In this document: in pieces, positions 11,001-21,725 of the stretch
How the letters are laid out: every line of letters starts with the position of its first letter
Position numbering within the stretch: position 1 is the stretch's first letter
Assembly (NCBI GenBank): GCA_024276825.1
Contig: JAJRWI010000037.1
Location: 28,786 to 92,785 of the forward strand
DNA from: an archaeon
GTDB lineage: Archaea > Asgardarchaeota > Thorarchaeia > Thorarchaeales > Thorarchaeaceae
Length of the DNA: 64,000 bases
Direction of reading: 5' to 3'
Notes under the pieces: model-generated
What the model was told of the DNA's origin: nothing
The model's database searches: none
What the model saw: the letters and a program-made list of their open reading frames with translations, nothing else
Program-made: the position numbers and the translations under genes

Positions 11001-11825
11001 TTAATAGTCATAGTTCGTGGAAGTGTTGCAGCTGCAAAAATTCGAGAGATAATAATGAAAATGAATGAGTTTGATGCTGTTTCAATCATATCAGCATTTC
11101 CAAGTACATTAGAGAAACTTGTAGAGGAAATAAATCAATCAATATCTGATACCAATGAAATTCAATCCTCATATGTATCAACCAATCCCCCTTCTGAGAA
11201 TTTAATCGAGGCTGTTCATGATGTGGGCCATGCTTCGCATCGCGAAATTCAGATGCGATTATGGACAAGCTTGCTTCAGGAATTTGTGGAATCTTCTGAC
11301 GGCAGGTTAAAATGGCATCGCCTTCTCAATTTTATTGAAACAACATCAGTCCAATCATTGAAGAGCCGAACGATTCCTCTTAAGGCGGAAGATGGACGAC
11401 GTGCTTTGACCGAACTCCTTGCTGATGATGTGCTTGTTGCAATACGCTTTACAAGCAATTATACGTATAATAATATGGATGCAGGTCTCTGGGTTGTTAA
11501 TAGTACAGTTTTGGAAGAAATCAGAAATGCAATTACCAGATCTATTTTTGAGCAACTTGCCCAAAAGGGAATTAGCTCGCAAAATAACCATGGCTTTTTT
11601 GACCTTTGCGATTCACATCAATCATACATCGTATTTCCCACACAAGAGCAATTAAAAACAATTCTTGATATCACAAACTCAGAATATTGTAGAACTTGTC
11701 ATACAAAAAGAATTCTATGTATTCTACCTGCTTCTGAATATCTTCCAGATAATCAAAACGTACCTAATAGTTGTAAAATTGTTACCTTGGACTCAGAGTT
11801 TAAATTTATTCTAAATATGATATGA
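8094..11825 (+). pseudogene. Membrane-anchored HerA/VirB4-like (DUF87) ATPase interrupted by one in-frame TAA at 9816-9818
   Basis: ORFs 8094-9818 and 9837-11825 share a frame. Walker A HIAILGATGTGKT is in the first, Walker B VIVLEEAN in the second. Two N-terminal TM helices; likely start ATG 8166. Confidence 0.7.
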
Positions 11826-11832
11826 AATCTGA

Positions 11833-12627
11833 CTAGAGATTGAATCTTGTGCATGGAACATTTTCGCCCTTAAGGACCTTTTCCAGTCTATGTGATGCAT
11901 TAAGATTGAATATTACCACTTCAATACCCTCTTCTGCCAAGTTTAGCAGCTCCTGCAATTTTAAGCTCATACCCCCAGTAACATCAGTCCCACTGGATGA
12001 TTTAGCAGCTCTTAATACAGTATTCCTATTTTGAGCAGTAATCTCAGTTATCAACTCAGCCTTAGGATCAACCTTTGGGTCCTCTGTAAATACTCCGTCC
12101 ACATTAGTTCCTAATAATACCCGACTCACACCAAGTTCTTTTGCTAGATGAGTGATAATAACATCTCCACTAAGAATGCTTGCTCCACGACTCTCGTCAA
12201 AACATACATCACCATGCGTAATAACTATTAAATCAGCTTCAAGTGCCCGACGTATAATATCCATGGGGAATGATGATATTTTTCCATCCTTCATCAAAAC
12301 AAATGAAAATGGATTAATTATTACTGCCTTATGATGTTTCTCCCAAAAAATATGCTCCACCCTTGATGATAATAAACTCATATTATGTCTAATTTCAGGG
12401 ATACCCTGCAGCAGTTTCTTTTTTGGCGTTGTATCATTCCCATATCCATATTTATAAGCGGCTTGGTGTCCATGTGCGCCACCCCCAAGCACTAAAAGCA
12501 CATTGCCCTTATATGAGGTAATGTCTTCAACAGCATTTTTAATTACATCCTCATTGATTTTTGGGGGCGACTCACTCTTGAAAGTGATTGATGATCCCCC
12601 AAACTTGATAATAATTAAATCTCTCAT
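11833..12627 (-). CDS. Isopentenyl phosphate kinase
   Basis: IKFGGSSIT, GGGAHGH, HGD, SGD, DVTGGM..K motifs of the amino-acid-kinase family IPK. Confidence 0.85.
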   Translation of the reverse strand: MRDLIIIKFGGSSITFKSESPPKINEDVIKNAVEDITSYKGNVLLVLGGGAHGHQAAYKYGYGNDTTPKKKLLQGIPEIRHNMSLLSSRVEHIFWEKHHKAVIINPFSFVLMKDGKISSFPMDIIRRALEADLIVITHGDVCFDESRGASILSGDVIITHLAKELGVSRVLLGTNVDGVFTEDPKVDPKAELITEITAQNRNTVLRAAKSSSGTDVTGGMSLKLQELLNLAEEGIEVVIFNLNASHRLEKVLKGENVPCTRFNL

Positions 12628-12751
12628 CTATAACTCACAATATTGAGAAAGAAACATCATTTAAAATTGACGACCTCAATTGTGACTGCAAGACAACCTT
12701 TTTATCCAAATATTGCAGAAAAACCTTGAACTCCAACAAAAGGGGTCCTGA

Positions 12752-13069
12752 TTGCATATGACACAGAAAGCACGAATTAGGCTCTCAAGTACCAGTACTG
12801 AACACCTTGATAGTGTATGTAATCAAATCAAGAGGATTACCCGAAAGACTGGTGTCAGGATGGCTGGTCCAATTCCTCTCCCAACTCGACGAATGGTGAT
12901 TCCAACTAGGAAGACCCCCTGTGGTCAGGGCTCAGAATCATGGGACAAATGGGAAATGCGAATACACAAACGTTTGATTGACATTGATGCAGATGAACGT
13001 GCAATCAGACAAATCATGCGTATTAACATTCCTGACTCTGTCTATATTGAAATAGAACTGACTGGCTAA
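12752..13069 (+). CDS. rps10: 30S ribosomal protein S10 (uS10)
   Basis: [31 protein letters not shown]. Confidence 0.97.
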   Translation: MHMTQKARIRLSSTSTEHLDSVCNQIKRITRKTGVRMAGPIPLPTRRMVIPTRKTPCGQGSESWDKWEMRIHKRLIDIDADERAIRQIMRINIPDSVYIEIELTG

Positions 13070-13134
13070 GCTTAACACTTATTTCCTTTTACTCCTTTTT
13101 CAATCTGTTAAATACATAATTGGAGTTCCGCTAA

Positions 13135-14958
13135 ATGTGTGGGATTATTGGCGTTGTTCAAAAGAAAGGCGATGCAGCACCCTTTCTTCATCAGGCCCTT
13201 AAACGATTAGAATATAGAGGATACGACTCTGTTGGTATTACTACCATTTACAATAATCAATTATTCACTAAAAAAGATAAAGGGAAAATTGATGAAGTTC
13301 ATGCATCATTGAATCTTGATGATCTCCCTGGCCCGATTGGAATCGGACACACAAGGTGGGCAACTCATGGAATCCCATCATTATACAACTCGCATCCACA
13401 TTTCGATTGTGACAATAAGATTGCAGTTGTCCATAATGGTGTCATTGACAATTTTCTTGAACTCCGTGAGGAATTAAAACAGAAGGGGCACAAATTCCAC
13501 TCTGAAACAGATACCGAAGTAATTCCACACATGATAGAGGACTACATGAAAAATGGAATGGATCTCAAATCCTCTGTACGTGCTGTAAGCGAACGGATTG
13601 AGGGGACCTATGCAATTGTAGTAATGACTACACTTGAGTCAGACAAGATAGTATGTACACGTGATGGAAACCCACTTGTAATTGGGACGCGGCCAGATGC
13701 ATCTTATGTATCATCAGATATACCAGCATTCTTACCAATGACTAATGATATGATCCTTCTACTAGATGGAGAGATTGCCACTTTAACAACTTGTGGTGTG
13801 TCCATTGAAAAAATCTCAGATGGAACCCCTGTTAAACGAGACGTAATAAGAATCAGCTGGACTGCAGATCAGGCCCAAAAGGGAGGGTTCCCACATTTTA
13901 TGTTAAAAGAAATTCATGAACAACCAATGGCAATTAAAAACACCCTCCACCTTCGTTCTGATGCAATACGACCTGCAGCTGAGATGATTCTTAACTCAAA
14001 GAAAGTGTACTTGATTGCAATGGGTACATCAGGACATGCTGCAATGGCCGGAAAACACATGCTAGCCGCACTTGGTGGAATATTTTCAACTTTTGAGCTG
14101 GCCAGCGACTTCCCTGACACGATATATGGAACATTAACTGAAGATGATTGTATAATTGCAATTACTCAATCAGGTGAAACCACTGACACAATTGCTGCAG
14201 TGAAATATGCCAAGTCCTTCGGGGCAAAAGTAATAGCAATAACCAACGTTATTGGTAGTTCGATAACACGAATTGCAGATCACACAATAATCACACAAGC
14301 TGGCCCTGAAATTGGAGTTGCTGCAACAAAGACATTCATGGTTCAACTGACCGCACTTGCACTATTGGCACTCATGCTTGGCGAAACAAATTCATTTCTT
14401 GATCAAAACACACTTAGAAAAAAACGGGAGTCACTCACCAAATTGCCCGATATTGTTTCTGATGTTATTGCAAAATCTGAAGAGCATGCACGAAGGCTAT
14501 CTGCTATTCTTTATGATAGACCTAGTTTCCTGTTTTTAGGTCGCGGCATCTCAATTGCAACCGCAAATGAGGGTGCATTAAAGCTCAAGGAAATATCATA
14601 TAATCATGCAGAAGGCTACTCAGCTGGCGAGTCAAAGCATGGACCAATTGCATTAGTTCATGATGGATTTCCTGTAGTTTTTGTCATTCCTAATGATGCG
14701 ACTCGCAATCGAATAATAGGAAACGTTATGGAAATGAAAGCACGTGGTGCAACTATTATCTCCGTTATCGAAGAGGGTGATAATGATCTGATTGAATTGT
14801 CTGATCATTATATTACGATTCCCAAGGGTGTCGAACCAGAATTCTCAACGATTCCGTTTGTAGTTCCACTACAACTCTTTAGTTATTATATGGCAATTAA
14901 GAAAGGGCATGATCCAGATAAGCCCAGGCACCTTGCTAAATCCGTCACTGTATTATAA
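13135..14958 (+). CDS. glmS: Glutamine--fructose-6-phosphate aminotransferase
   Basis: MCGI start, EYRGYDS, GHTRWATHG, QSGET, LKLKE, C-terminal AKSVT. Confidence 0.97.
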   Translation: MCGIIGVVQKKGDAAPFLHQALKRLEYRGYDSVGITTIYNNQLFTKKDKGKIDEVHASLNLDDLPGPIGIGHTRWATHGIPSLYNSHPHFDCDNKIAVVHNGVIDNFLELREELKQKGHKFHSETDTEVIPHMIEDYMKNGMDLKSSVRAVSERIEGTYAIVVMTTLESDKIVCTRDGNPLVIGTRPDASYVSSDIPAFLPMTNDMILLLDGEIATLTTCGVSIEKISDGTPVKRDVIRISWTADQAQKGGFPHFMLKEIHEQPMAIKNTLHLRSDAIRPAAEMILNSKKVYLIAMGTSGHAAMAGKHMLAALGGIFSTFELASDFPDTIYGTLTEDDCIIAITQSGETTDTIAAVKYAKSFGAKVIAITNVIGSSITRIADHTIITQAGPEIGVAATKTFMVQLTALALLALMLGETNSFLDQNTLRKKRESLTKLPDIVSDVIAKSEEHARRLSAILYDRPSFLFLGRGISIATANEGALKLKEISYNHAEGYSAGESKHGPIALVHDGFPVVFVIPNDATRNRIIGNVMEMKARGATIISVIEEGDNDLIELSDHYITIPKGVEPEFSTIPFVVPLQLFSYYMAIKKGHDPDKPRHLAKSVTVL

Positions 14959-14976
14959 CTCAATCAGTCACGATGA

Positions 14977-15189
14977 TTAAGGGAATAGGCTAGTAATACT
15001 ATTCCAACTGTCTTGTAATACTTGTAATAATGATGTCACAACATCTTGTGCCCATCCAGTTGCTTGAAGAATTACTGCAATTACAATCGATACAGTAACA
15101 ACAGCAATCCCCAATAAAAGACTCTCTTCTACAAGTGGTCCGCCTCTCTCATCATTTAATGGATTTTTCTCACACCTCATAAATAACAC
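14977..15189 (-). CDS. Small Flp/type IV pilin-like protein
   Basis: Class III signal-peptide-like ERG|GPLVE (Glu at +5) followed by a hydrophobic helix; downstream of a pilus ATPase. Confidence 0.6.
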   Translation of the reverse strand: MLFMRCEKNPLNDERGGPLVEESLLLGIAVVTVSIVIAVILQATGWAQDVVTSLLQVLQDSWNSITSLFP

Positions 15190-15335
15190 CTCTAATTGGG
15201 TTAACCATTTTCTTTTAATCTGCTAATCACCATTTGACACTCAATAGCTCATCATCATCACTCCTAATAAACTCGTGAAAACAAGAATAATCGCTAATAC
15301 TTGATGACATGAGTGGAATGAGCTGAAACCACAAC

Positions 15336-17027
15336 TCATACAGACTCTGATATTAAAGACATAATGATATTAAAAGTTAGAACATCATCTAGATTTTTAG
15401 TGTCATTTTCTTCTCTCAATCTCGATCTGATTTTACTAATGAAAGCCTCTGGCTTTTTACACCCATACTCAATTAATCGGAGAAAAAATGCGCCATTACT
15501 TGACCAGTTCCATATGGATGCATCATTCTTATTAATATCAAAAAGTGTATTAAGTCCAACAAAACTCAGCACTCCCTTCTCAATACTTCTTTCCGTTTCA
15601 ACAACCTCCCTCACAATGCGCTTTGAACTGCCTGGAATTGGTCTGCACATAGTTACAATAATGTCCATCAAAGCAATATTTTCAGAATTCTCTCCCAATG
15701 AATACTTCCATCTAGAAACAAGCTCTGATGCAGACCTGCTATGACAAGTCTGAATAGTATGGAGTCCTGCGGCCATTGATTGAAACAATGCATTCACATG
15801 ATCTCTTGTTTGAACCTCCCCAAGTATCATATAATCTGGAGACCTATGCAGGCTTTTTATTATTTCATCTTGTTTTCTATATATGCCCATCCTCTCATCA
15901 AAAGGGTCCACTCTAATTCGTGCCTGATGGTGCTCGTTGCTGACTCTACTTTCTACTACATCCTCAATGTATATTTTCCTCCAATTTGTAGGTGTTGCCA
16001 TGTCTAATGCATTCAATAATGTTGTCTTACCTGAACCTGGCTCGCCAGTGATAGTAATATTAAACCGAAGATTTACAGCAATAATCAATACAGCGGCAAC
16101 TTCTAAACTGATTGTGTTATTTAAAACAAGATCAATAATACTGAACGGTCTTGTTGCAGCCCTTCTGAAAGCAATCTGAAATCCATCTGTACTCAAAGGT
16201 GCTACAGATGTTGACACGCGCAACAGTGCTTTGTCAAACCTGAAGTCCATCTTCAATGAGGGATTCCTTCTGTCTAAATGTAGATTACTCTCCAGTCTAA
16301 ATATTGTGGTGAGCTTTTCGACTTCTTTTGTGCTAATAGTAAAATCACAAAAACACCTTCCATGACGCCGATGGTCTATGTATACAGGCGTTTCTGGGCG
16401 ATCTAAAAAAATCTCTTCAATCTCCCCGTCATAAAAGAGGGGAATGAAACCCCTCAAAATAGACTCTTGATGAGATGCAATAATTGCCAGCTTCTCACGC
16501 GTCGGCTGCGCCATCTCTGGCAGATAATCTCTCAAATAATCATTAATCAACCGCCTTTTTATTACTATTCTATCATTGAATGTCAACTTTGATATGCTAA
16601 TTCCTTTTGTTATTTTCCGCATAGAAGCACGAAGACTCTCTAGCAGATCATGTTCAAGTTTTGATTTAATAAGGGGCTGAGAATGATAATAGTGTTCATG
16701 ACGCTCTGGACTTTTGGTGATAATTGATAAATATTTATCATTCTGATATGCATCAATTATTGTTCCATGTTTCAACATATCCTCTAAAGACACTCCAAGA
16801 AACACTGTATTCCATAATCCTCCCATCCATGGTGGACGATTTGAGGTGCGGTCATTGTTATTTTGCAGATGTACTAAATTTCTACTTTTTTCAATAATCA
16901 TTATCTTATCCAAACTTGGACTTATTTCCATCAATTTTTTGCAAGACAAACCTTGAAAAAAATCACAAGTATTACAACGGCCCTCTGGACATGTTATTAT
17001 ACTAAAAGGATTAATCATGATTTGCAC
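15336..17027 (-). CDS. Type II/IV secretion ATPase (CpaF/TadA/FlaI family)
   Basis: GEPGSGKTT Walker A, IED..E Asp box, R.PD..ILGEV Walker B, TCH His box; N-terminal Cys cluster. Confidence 0.85.
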   Translation of the reverse strand: MQIMINPFSIITCPEGRCNTCDFFQGLSCKKLMEISPSLDKIMIIEKSRNLVHLQNNNDRTSNRPPWMGGLWNTVFLGVSLEDMLKHGTIIDAYQNDKYLSIITKSPERHEHYYHSQPLIKSKLEHDLLESLRASMRKITKGISISKLTFNDRIVIKRRLINDYLRDYLPEMAQPTREKLAIIASHQESILRGFIPLFYDGEIEEIFLDRPETPVYIDHRRHGRCFCDFTISTKEVEKLTTIFRLESNLHLDRRNPSLKMDFRFDKALLRVSTSVAPLSTDGFQIAFRRAATRPFSIIDLVLNNTISLEVAAVLIIAVNLRFNITITGEPGSGKTTLLNALDMATPTNWRKIYIEDVVESRVSNEHHQARIRVDPFDERMGIYRKQDEIIKSLHRSPDYMILGEVQTRDHVNALFQSMAAGLHTIQTCHSRSASELVSRWKYSLGENSENIALMDIIVTMCRPIPGSSKRIVREVVETERSIEKGVLSFVGLNTLFDINKNDASIWNWSSNGAFFLRLIEYGCKKPEAFISKIRSRLREENDTKNLDDVLTFNIIMSLISESV

Positions 17028-17094
17028 CTGATTGATAGTGAAATATTATATTTGTAAGATATCATCTACTGTTACTGACTAACTCAATAAAATC

Positions 17095-18153
17095 TCATAC
17101 AAACACAGTTTCTTTGTGCGTTTTCAAGTACTCACTCACGACTCGCTTTATCATACTGTAATGGTCTCGAATACTATACTCTGCTACATCAGTTGCCTGT
17201 GATGCCAGTTTCTGTGTGAGTACTGATTTGCGTTGATAGTCTGCTGCAATCAGCTTGTCACTTGCGTAAGCTGCAGACACAGTAAATATGAACGGATTTC
17301 TCCCACCTCTCCTTGCAGGAGATATTATCGAGATGACCTTCATCATATACTTCCTGAGAAGGTTTTAGTATTCCTTTAATTCCCATCCACGTATTTTGAC
17401 TCTCTTGATTATTTTCGAGTTATTTATCAGCATTGACAGCACTCTTGGCAGATAATCTGAAGGCTTACGAATAGTCGGAGCATGTCCCAATGAGATTTTT
17501 AACCGAAAGGCCTCTCTTACAATTGCTCTTACATTAACTCTATGACCTGATCTCTCAAAAGCATCTGCAATTTCCTCTAGCGTTATTGGTGCACCATTTC
17601 CAAATTCACGAATCGATATTAGTAAACAAACAGCCATCAGTAAAATATTGTTTGCGACTCTCTCTTGTGATTCATTTAACATCTTTTTATACAAATATGC
17701 AGTCCGGTCCCGCACTTGCTCACACAACATGAGCATTTTAGAAACATGATTTAATGCTCTTAGGGCCCGATACTTTGCCTCATTTGATCCAATTCTGACT
17801 CTTGAGCTATATACAAACTTGAGTCGCCTGAATTTTTTCTGTTTCTGTGCTGAAAGAGTCTGCCCACCAGCATCACGAAAGAACCTGTCATTATGATATC
17901 CAATATAACTTCCAAGCCCATCAACAATATGATGTCTATTGCCCAAAGAACCGTATACATCTGCATCAGGGCTGTCGCTTTGTTGTTCGTTTCCCATCTG
18001 AAAACTTGGGCTGACATAGTCCCGTGAGAAAACAACTCCGCAATCACTACATACAACAAAGCCCTTGCTCGTTACTAGATTCCCAGAACATTCTGGGCAT
18101 CTCCATGATGATATCCAATATGTATCCTCTGTGTCATTAGCCACAAACCACAC
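17095..18153 (-). pseudogene. Divergent transcription initiation factor IIB (TFB) homolog interrupted by one in-frame TAA at 17365-17367
   Basis: Zn ribbon CPEC..CSDCG and cyclin repeats (GRNP....SAAY, TQK.LA...V.EYSIR). The two ORFs share a frame: KEY*NLLRKYMMK. Confidence 0.7.
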
Positions 18154-18390
18154 CCATCTTAACTAGGATTCGATTTGATTTGTGAATTTCAATCTATGTT
18201 TGTTCTGTCAATCGACATTCTAGTTCCATCACAGGGGTTCTATACTCCCTATAGAGTACAATACCAGAGTGGCCAGAATCAGGGATGACCGAAACTAATC
18301 TAAAACTCATCAAAAATTAAAAACCTCTTCACAATTTGATGATTGCAACTATCATGGTTATCTTTGAAAAAACACCGTTGACCATTTGAA

Positions 18391-18768
18391 TCATATTATT
18401 GCAAGATAGAACTTGTCAGATTCAAATGCCCTTTTCTTGGCAGGCGTTGGCTTTATTATCATAATCTCCACCCGTAATCCTCCTACTGAGCCCACCACCT
18501 CTATATTCTCTCCTGATTTGACTCTGAAGATCTTTGACTCTACATGAAGCCTTGCCTTCTCACCCTGAGATATTGGATTGGAATCGATAATTACATCAAC
18601 ACTCTCTTTTGGCCGAAAACTGCTTGATAGCGCATCTGGAAGGTCCATGGTCATCGAAAACCCAGACTCCTTTGATGATATTTTGACGTTCATTAATCTT
18701 CTCGTGTCTGTTTCCTCAATTGCATTAATTTTGGCACCCTTAAGCCGTATGACCATGATTAACGTCAC
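18391..18768 (-). CDS. RNA polymerase subunit Rpo8 (RPB8-like)
   Basis: About 125 aa beta-rich protein with MTMD and SVGGL motifs (SxGGL of RPB8/Rpo8). Confidence 0.6.
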   Translation of the reverse strand: MTLIMVIRLKGAKINAIEETDTRRLMNVKISSKESGFSMTMDLPDALSSSFRPKESVDVIIDSNPISQGEKARLHVESKIFRVKSGENIEVVGSVGGLRVEIMIIKPTPAKKRAFESDKFYLAII

Positions 18769-18959
18769 CTCACTTAATACAACAATCCTCTTTCATCCAG
18801 TACTTGAATTAAACCTTGTCATTGAACTTTATTACATCATGCACCTATATTTCAACATGCTATGATGGTAATGAGAAATTATGGGAGTTTAATAGGATTT
18901 AGTAACAACACAATCATGACTACCCCTTGAGGTAGCACTCTGAATGACTAGGTCAACTG

Positions 18960-21725
18960 GTGTGTTACACATTACTAATAGAATTAAATGAAATGGTGAT
19001 GTTGCTATTGAACAGGTCAATCTTACTCGCATCCATGGCAGCTGTCCTTTTGGTCGCATCAATAGTGACTCCCGTTTCTGCTTACAATTTCGAGTACTAC
19101 TATTTCAAGACTGACAAGCTTGTTTATGAGGTTGGAGAAACAATTGATATGGTGGCAAAACTACTGGCTGAGTTTAGTAGTGAGGGTTGGTGCTATGTTT
19201 CTTTCGAAGTCATAACAGATCAAGGATCGATATTTTACGACTCTTACATGATCCCATCATCCTCATCACCCCAATACCCCTCTTCTAGTTATACCATACA
19301 TCCACAAGATACACAACCTGGTATAAATGGCACCTCATCTCAGGCAATTTTTTTCGTCAAGATATTTGATACACTATCTGACGAGCTGACAGATGTAGTT
19401 GATATTCAAATTAATCGTGGTAGTTTGGAGGTCATATCCCTCACACCTACATCTATCGAATATGGCATGAATACAACTCTTCAATTTAAAATACAGAGTA
19501 CTCACACAGAATTGATTCCATATGCGGGCCGTCCCGTTTCAATCCTATTGGAGGGATATTCTAATGAAACAATTTTCGCATATAACACGACCACAACAAA
19601 TGATGGGACCCTTAATATCAACTGGAATGCCACAACAGCCACACCCAACTCTTATAATCTGACAATTAGCACGCCCGGGGACTTCGATTTTAAGCCCATT
19701 TCGCAATCATTTGATATCACAGTGAATCCTGCAGGTTCATCGATTAATATTATCAACTATAATGACACGCTTTATTGTGTTAATCCTGACAAGACTAACA
19801 TCAACAATCTTACAGTCCTTGTGGAGCATATTGACAAATCAGGTGTTCCAATTACCAATAGCAGTATTTATTGGAAGACAGACTTCTCTCAAGGCACATT
19901 CACTGAATCTAGCCTTGGGACATATCTGGCATACATTCCAGTCAATACAAGCCCCAGAACAGTGATTGTGAATCTGTCTTCTTATAATCCACTGTATATG
20001 TCTGCAAATCTCTCACTTGAAGTAATCGTTCAGAAGAGGCCCGTATGCATACAGCTCTCTTCAATTGACAATGCAATATCAGGAGAACCCTTGAGAATCA
20101 GCATCAATGTTTACGACAATCTTACAGGCACTGGGATTGAAGCAGTTCAATTAACTATGAATCTGCAAATCAATGATAATTATTCCATCTCGTTATTTGG
20201 CATGACTAATCAGACAGGATGGGTCTTCTTCTCAACAAATATTCCTCCTGATACTTGGGGCAGCGCCTCTTTAAAAATAACCACGAATGATACTCAGTAC
20301 TACGATGCCTCAATTCATCAAGAATTATTCAATGTCACTTTCAATCCCAACATTACAATTAATGTCATACAACCCCCAATTATTGGAAATGAAACCATAC
20401 TCCAAGTACTTCTAACTGATCCAGCAAGATGCCCTCTCCCTTGGGTGAATATTAGTTGCTTTGATATATATGATAACCTGATTGCCTCCTCTATTACGGA
20501 CATTAATGGACTGTCCACACTTATTTGGTACGTGTCCAATAATAGTGCATACCTTCTTACAATTACTCTAATAATATCTGAAAATACATCTCTATTTCTC
20601 CACTCATACTCTTTGACTGCAAATTACTCAGCACTTTATCCTGTGCGATTTACATCAAGCACGAGTTTCTATGAATATCAACGTGGGGACAATGCAACCA
20701 TCTCTCTGAATCTGACCTCGGATTATTTGAATGACTCGTCATTGATGGTCAGTATCAATGATTCTCTAGGCGATTTCAGTCTAGATATAATTGTAAATAT
20801 TAATGATCCAATTGACCTACTTCTTCCAACATACTCATTTAGTCAAGTGGGGCCTCACACCCTACAATTCCGTGTTACAAACGAGTCAGTCTGTTTGACC
20901 AATGATTACCAGATTGTCATCTATTTATTTGGCAGTTTAAACACGAACATATCAGTCTTTTCAGCTTATTATGGCAATGGACTATCATTGAATATCACCT
21001 GCGTTGATGATGCTGAAATGTTCCTTCCCCTTGTGAATATGTCGTATTTAATTGATTGGGACCCCTCCACTGAAATTCTTTTGAAAAACATTCCTTGCAA
21101 TACACCCATAACCCTCCCGCTTCCATCAATAATCACTTTAGGATATCACACATTCTCAATTAATATATCCCGTTCTTGGTATCAATCAAGCAGTATTGTA
21201 ACTCAGATGACCGTTAGACTATATACCAAGATAGTACTAAACATCACTATTGTTCCCTATATCCCTTCTATTGAATCATCAAGCAATTCTCATGATGTTA
21301 ATACCGAAATAATTTCATCCGGATCAATCATTAGTCCGCCACCTATTTTGTTCAACATTACAACTTCAACATCACCAGCTGATGCTCTTTGTACTTCCCT
21401 TGAAAGCTGCCCTAAATTCAGCTCAGGTACCAATATTCTGTCCACCGTATTTGAAAACTCTTCAATCACTCTGTCTGGAAATGGCCATATTGCTCTCAAT
21501 CGAAGCGAACGAATCTTAGATGATATATTTTCATCAAACAATAACTCCTCTACTGCACGAGATGTACTGCCAAATGATATTATTCCCCACTCAGCTCTCT
21601 CTGGTCCAGAAATAATCACGTCCGTAAGGGAATCCAAGTTATTTCGAATTTTGTTATTGATTCTCCTGACTAGGTCATTATGGACTTTTGGGTCTGATGT
21701 CTTTCTGAATCCCTGCAAATCATGA
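18960..21725 (+). CDS. Large secreted Ig-like repeat surface glycoprotein
   Basis: Signal peptide ending VSA, TDKLVYEVGETI motif, TTNDG/TNQTG/TDING turns, many sequons. The last ~145 codons overlap korA on the opposite strand. Confidence 0.7.
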   Translation: MCYTLLIELNEMVMLLLNRSILLASMAAVLLVASIVTPVSAYNFEYYYFKTDKLVYEVGETIDMVAKLLAEFSSEGWCYVSFEVITDQGSIFYDSYMIPSSSSPQYPSSSYTIHPQDTQPGINGTSSQAIFFVKIFDTLSDELTDVVDIQINRGSLEVISLTPTSIEYGMNTTLQFKIQSTHTELIPYAGRPVSILLEGYSNETIFAYNTTTTNDGTLNINWNATTATPNSYNLTISTPGDFDFKPISQSFDITVNPAGSSINIINYNDTLYCVNPDKTNINNLTVLVEHIDKSGVPITNSSIYWKTDFSQGTFTESSLGTYLAYIPVNTSPRTVIVNLSSYNPLYMSANLSLEVIVQKRPVCIQLSSIDNAISGEPLRISINVYDNLTGTGIEAVQLTMNLQINDNYSISLFGMTNQTGWVFFSTNIPPDTWGSASLKITTNDTQYYDASIHQELFNVTFNPNITINVIQPPIIGNETILQVLLTDPARCPLPWVNISCFDIYDNLIASSITDINGLSTLIWYVSNNSAYLLTITLIISENTSLFLHSYSLTANYSALYPVRFTSSTSFYEYQRGDNATISLNLTSDYLNDSSLMVSINDSLGDFSLDIIVNINDPIDLLLPTYSFSQVGPHTLQFRVTNESVCLTNDYQIVIYLFGSLNTNISVFSAYYGNGLSLNITCVDDAEMFLPLVNMSYLIDWDPSTEILLKNIPCNTPITLPLPSIITLGYHTFSINISRSWYQSSSIVTQMTVRLYTKIVLNITIVPYIPSIESSSNSHDVNTEIISSGSIISPPPILFNITTSTSPADALCTSLESCPKFSSGTNILSTVFENSSITLSGNGHIALNRSERILDDIFSSNNNSSTARDVLPNDIIPHSALSGPEIITSVRESKLFRILLLILLTRSLWTFGSDVFLNPCKS

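Noticed and set aside
9816-17367. Genome-wide TAA reassignment, or Sec/Pyl recoding, to explain the two in-frame stops
   Set aside because: Many clear genes end in TAA (glmS, rps10, mcm, pyrG), and Sec/Pyl use TGA/TAG.
18902-18968. Possible second C/D-like or structured RNA (GTAACA...TGTTAC stem); also hairpins at 18220-18298
   Set aside because: The boxes are too degenerate and no target is recognisable, so it cannot be supported by eye.
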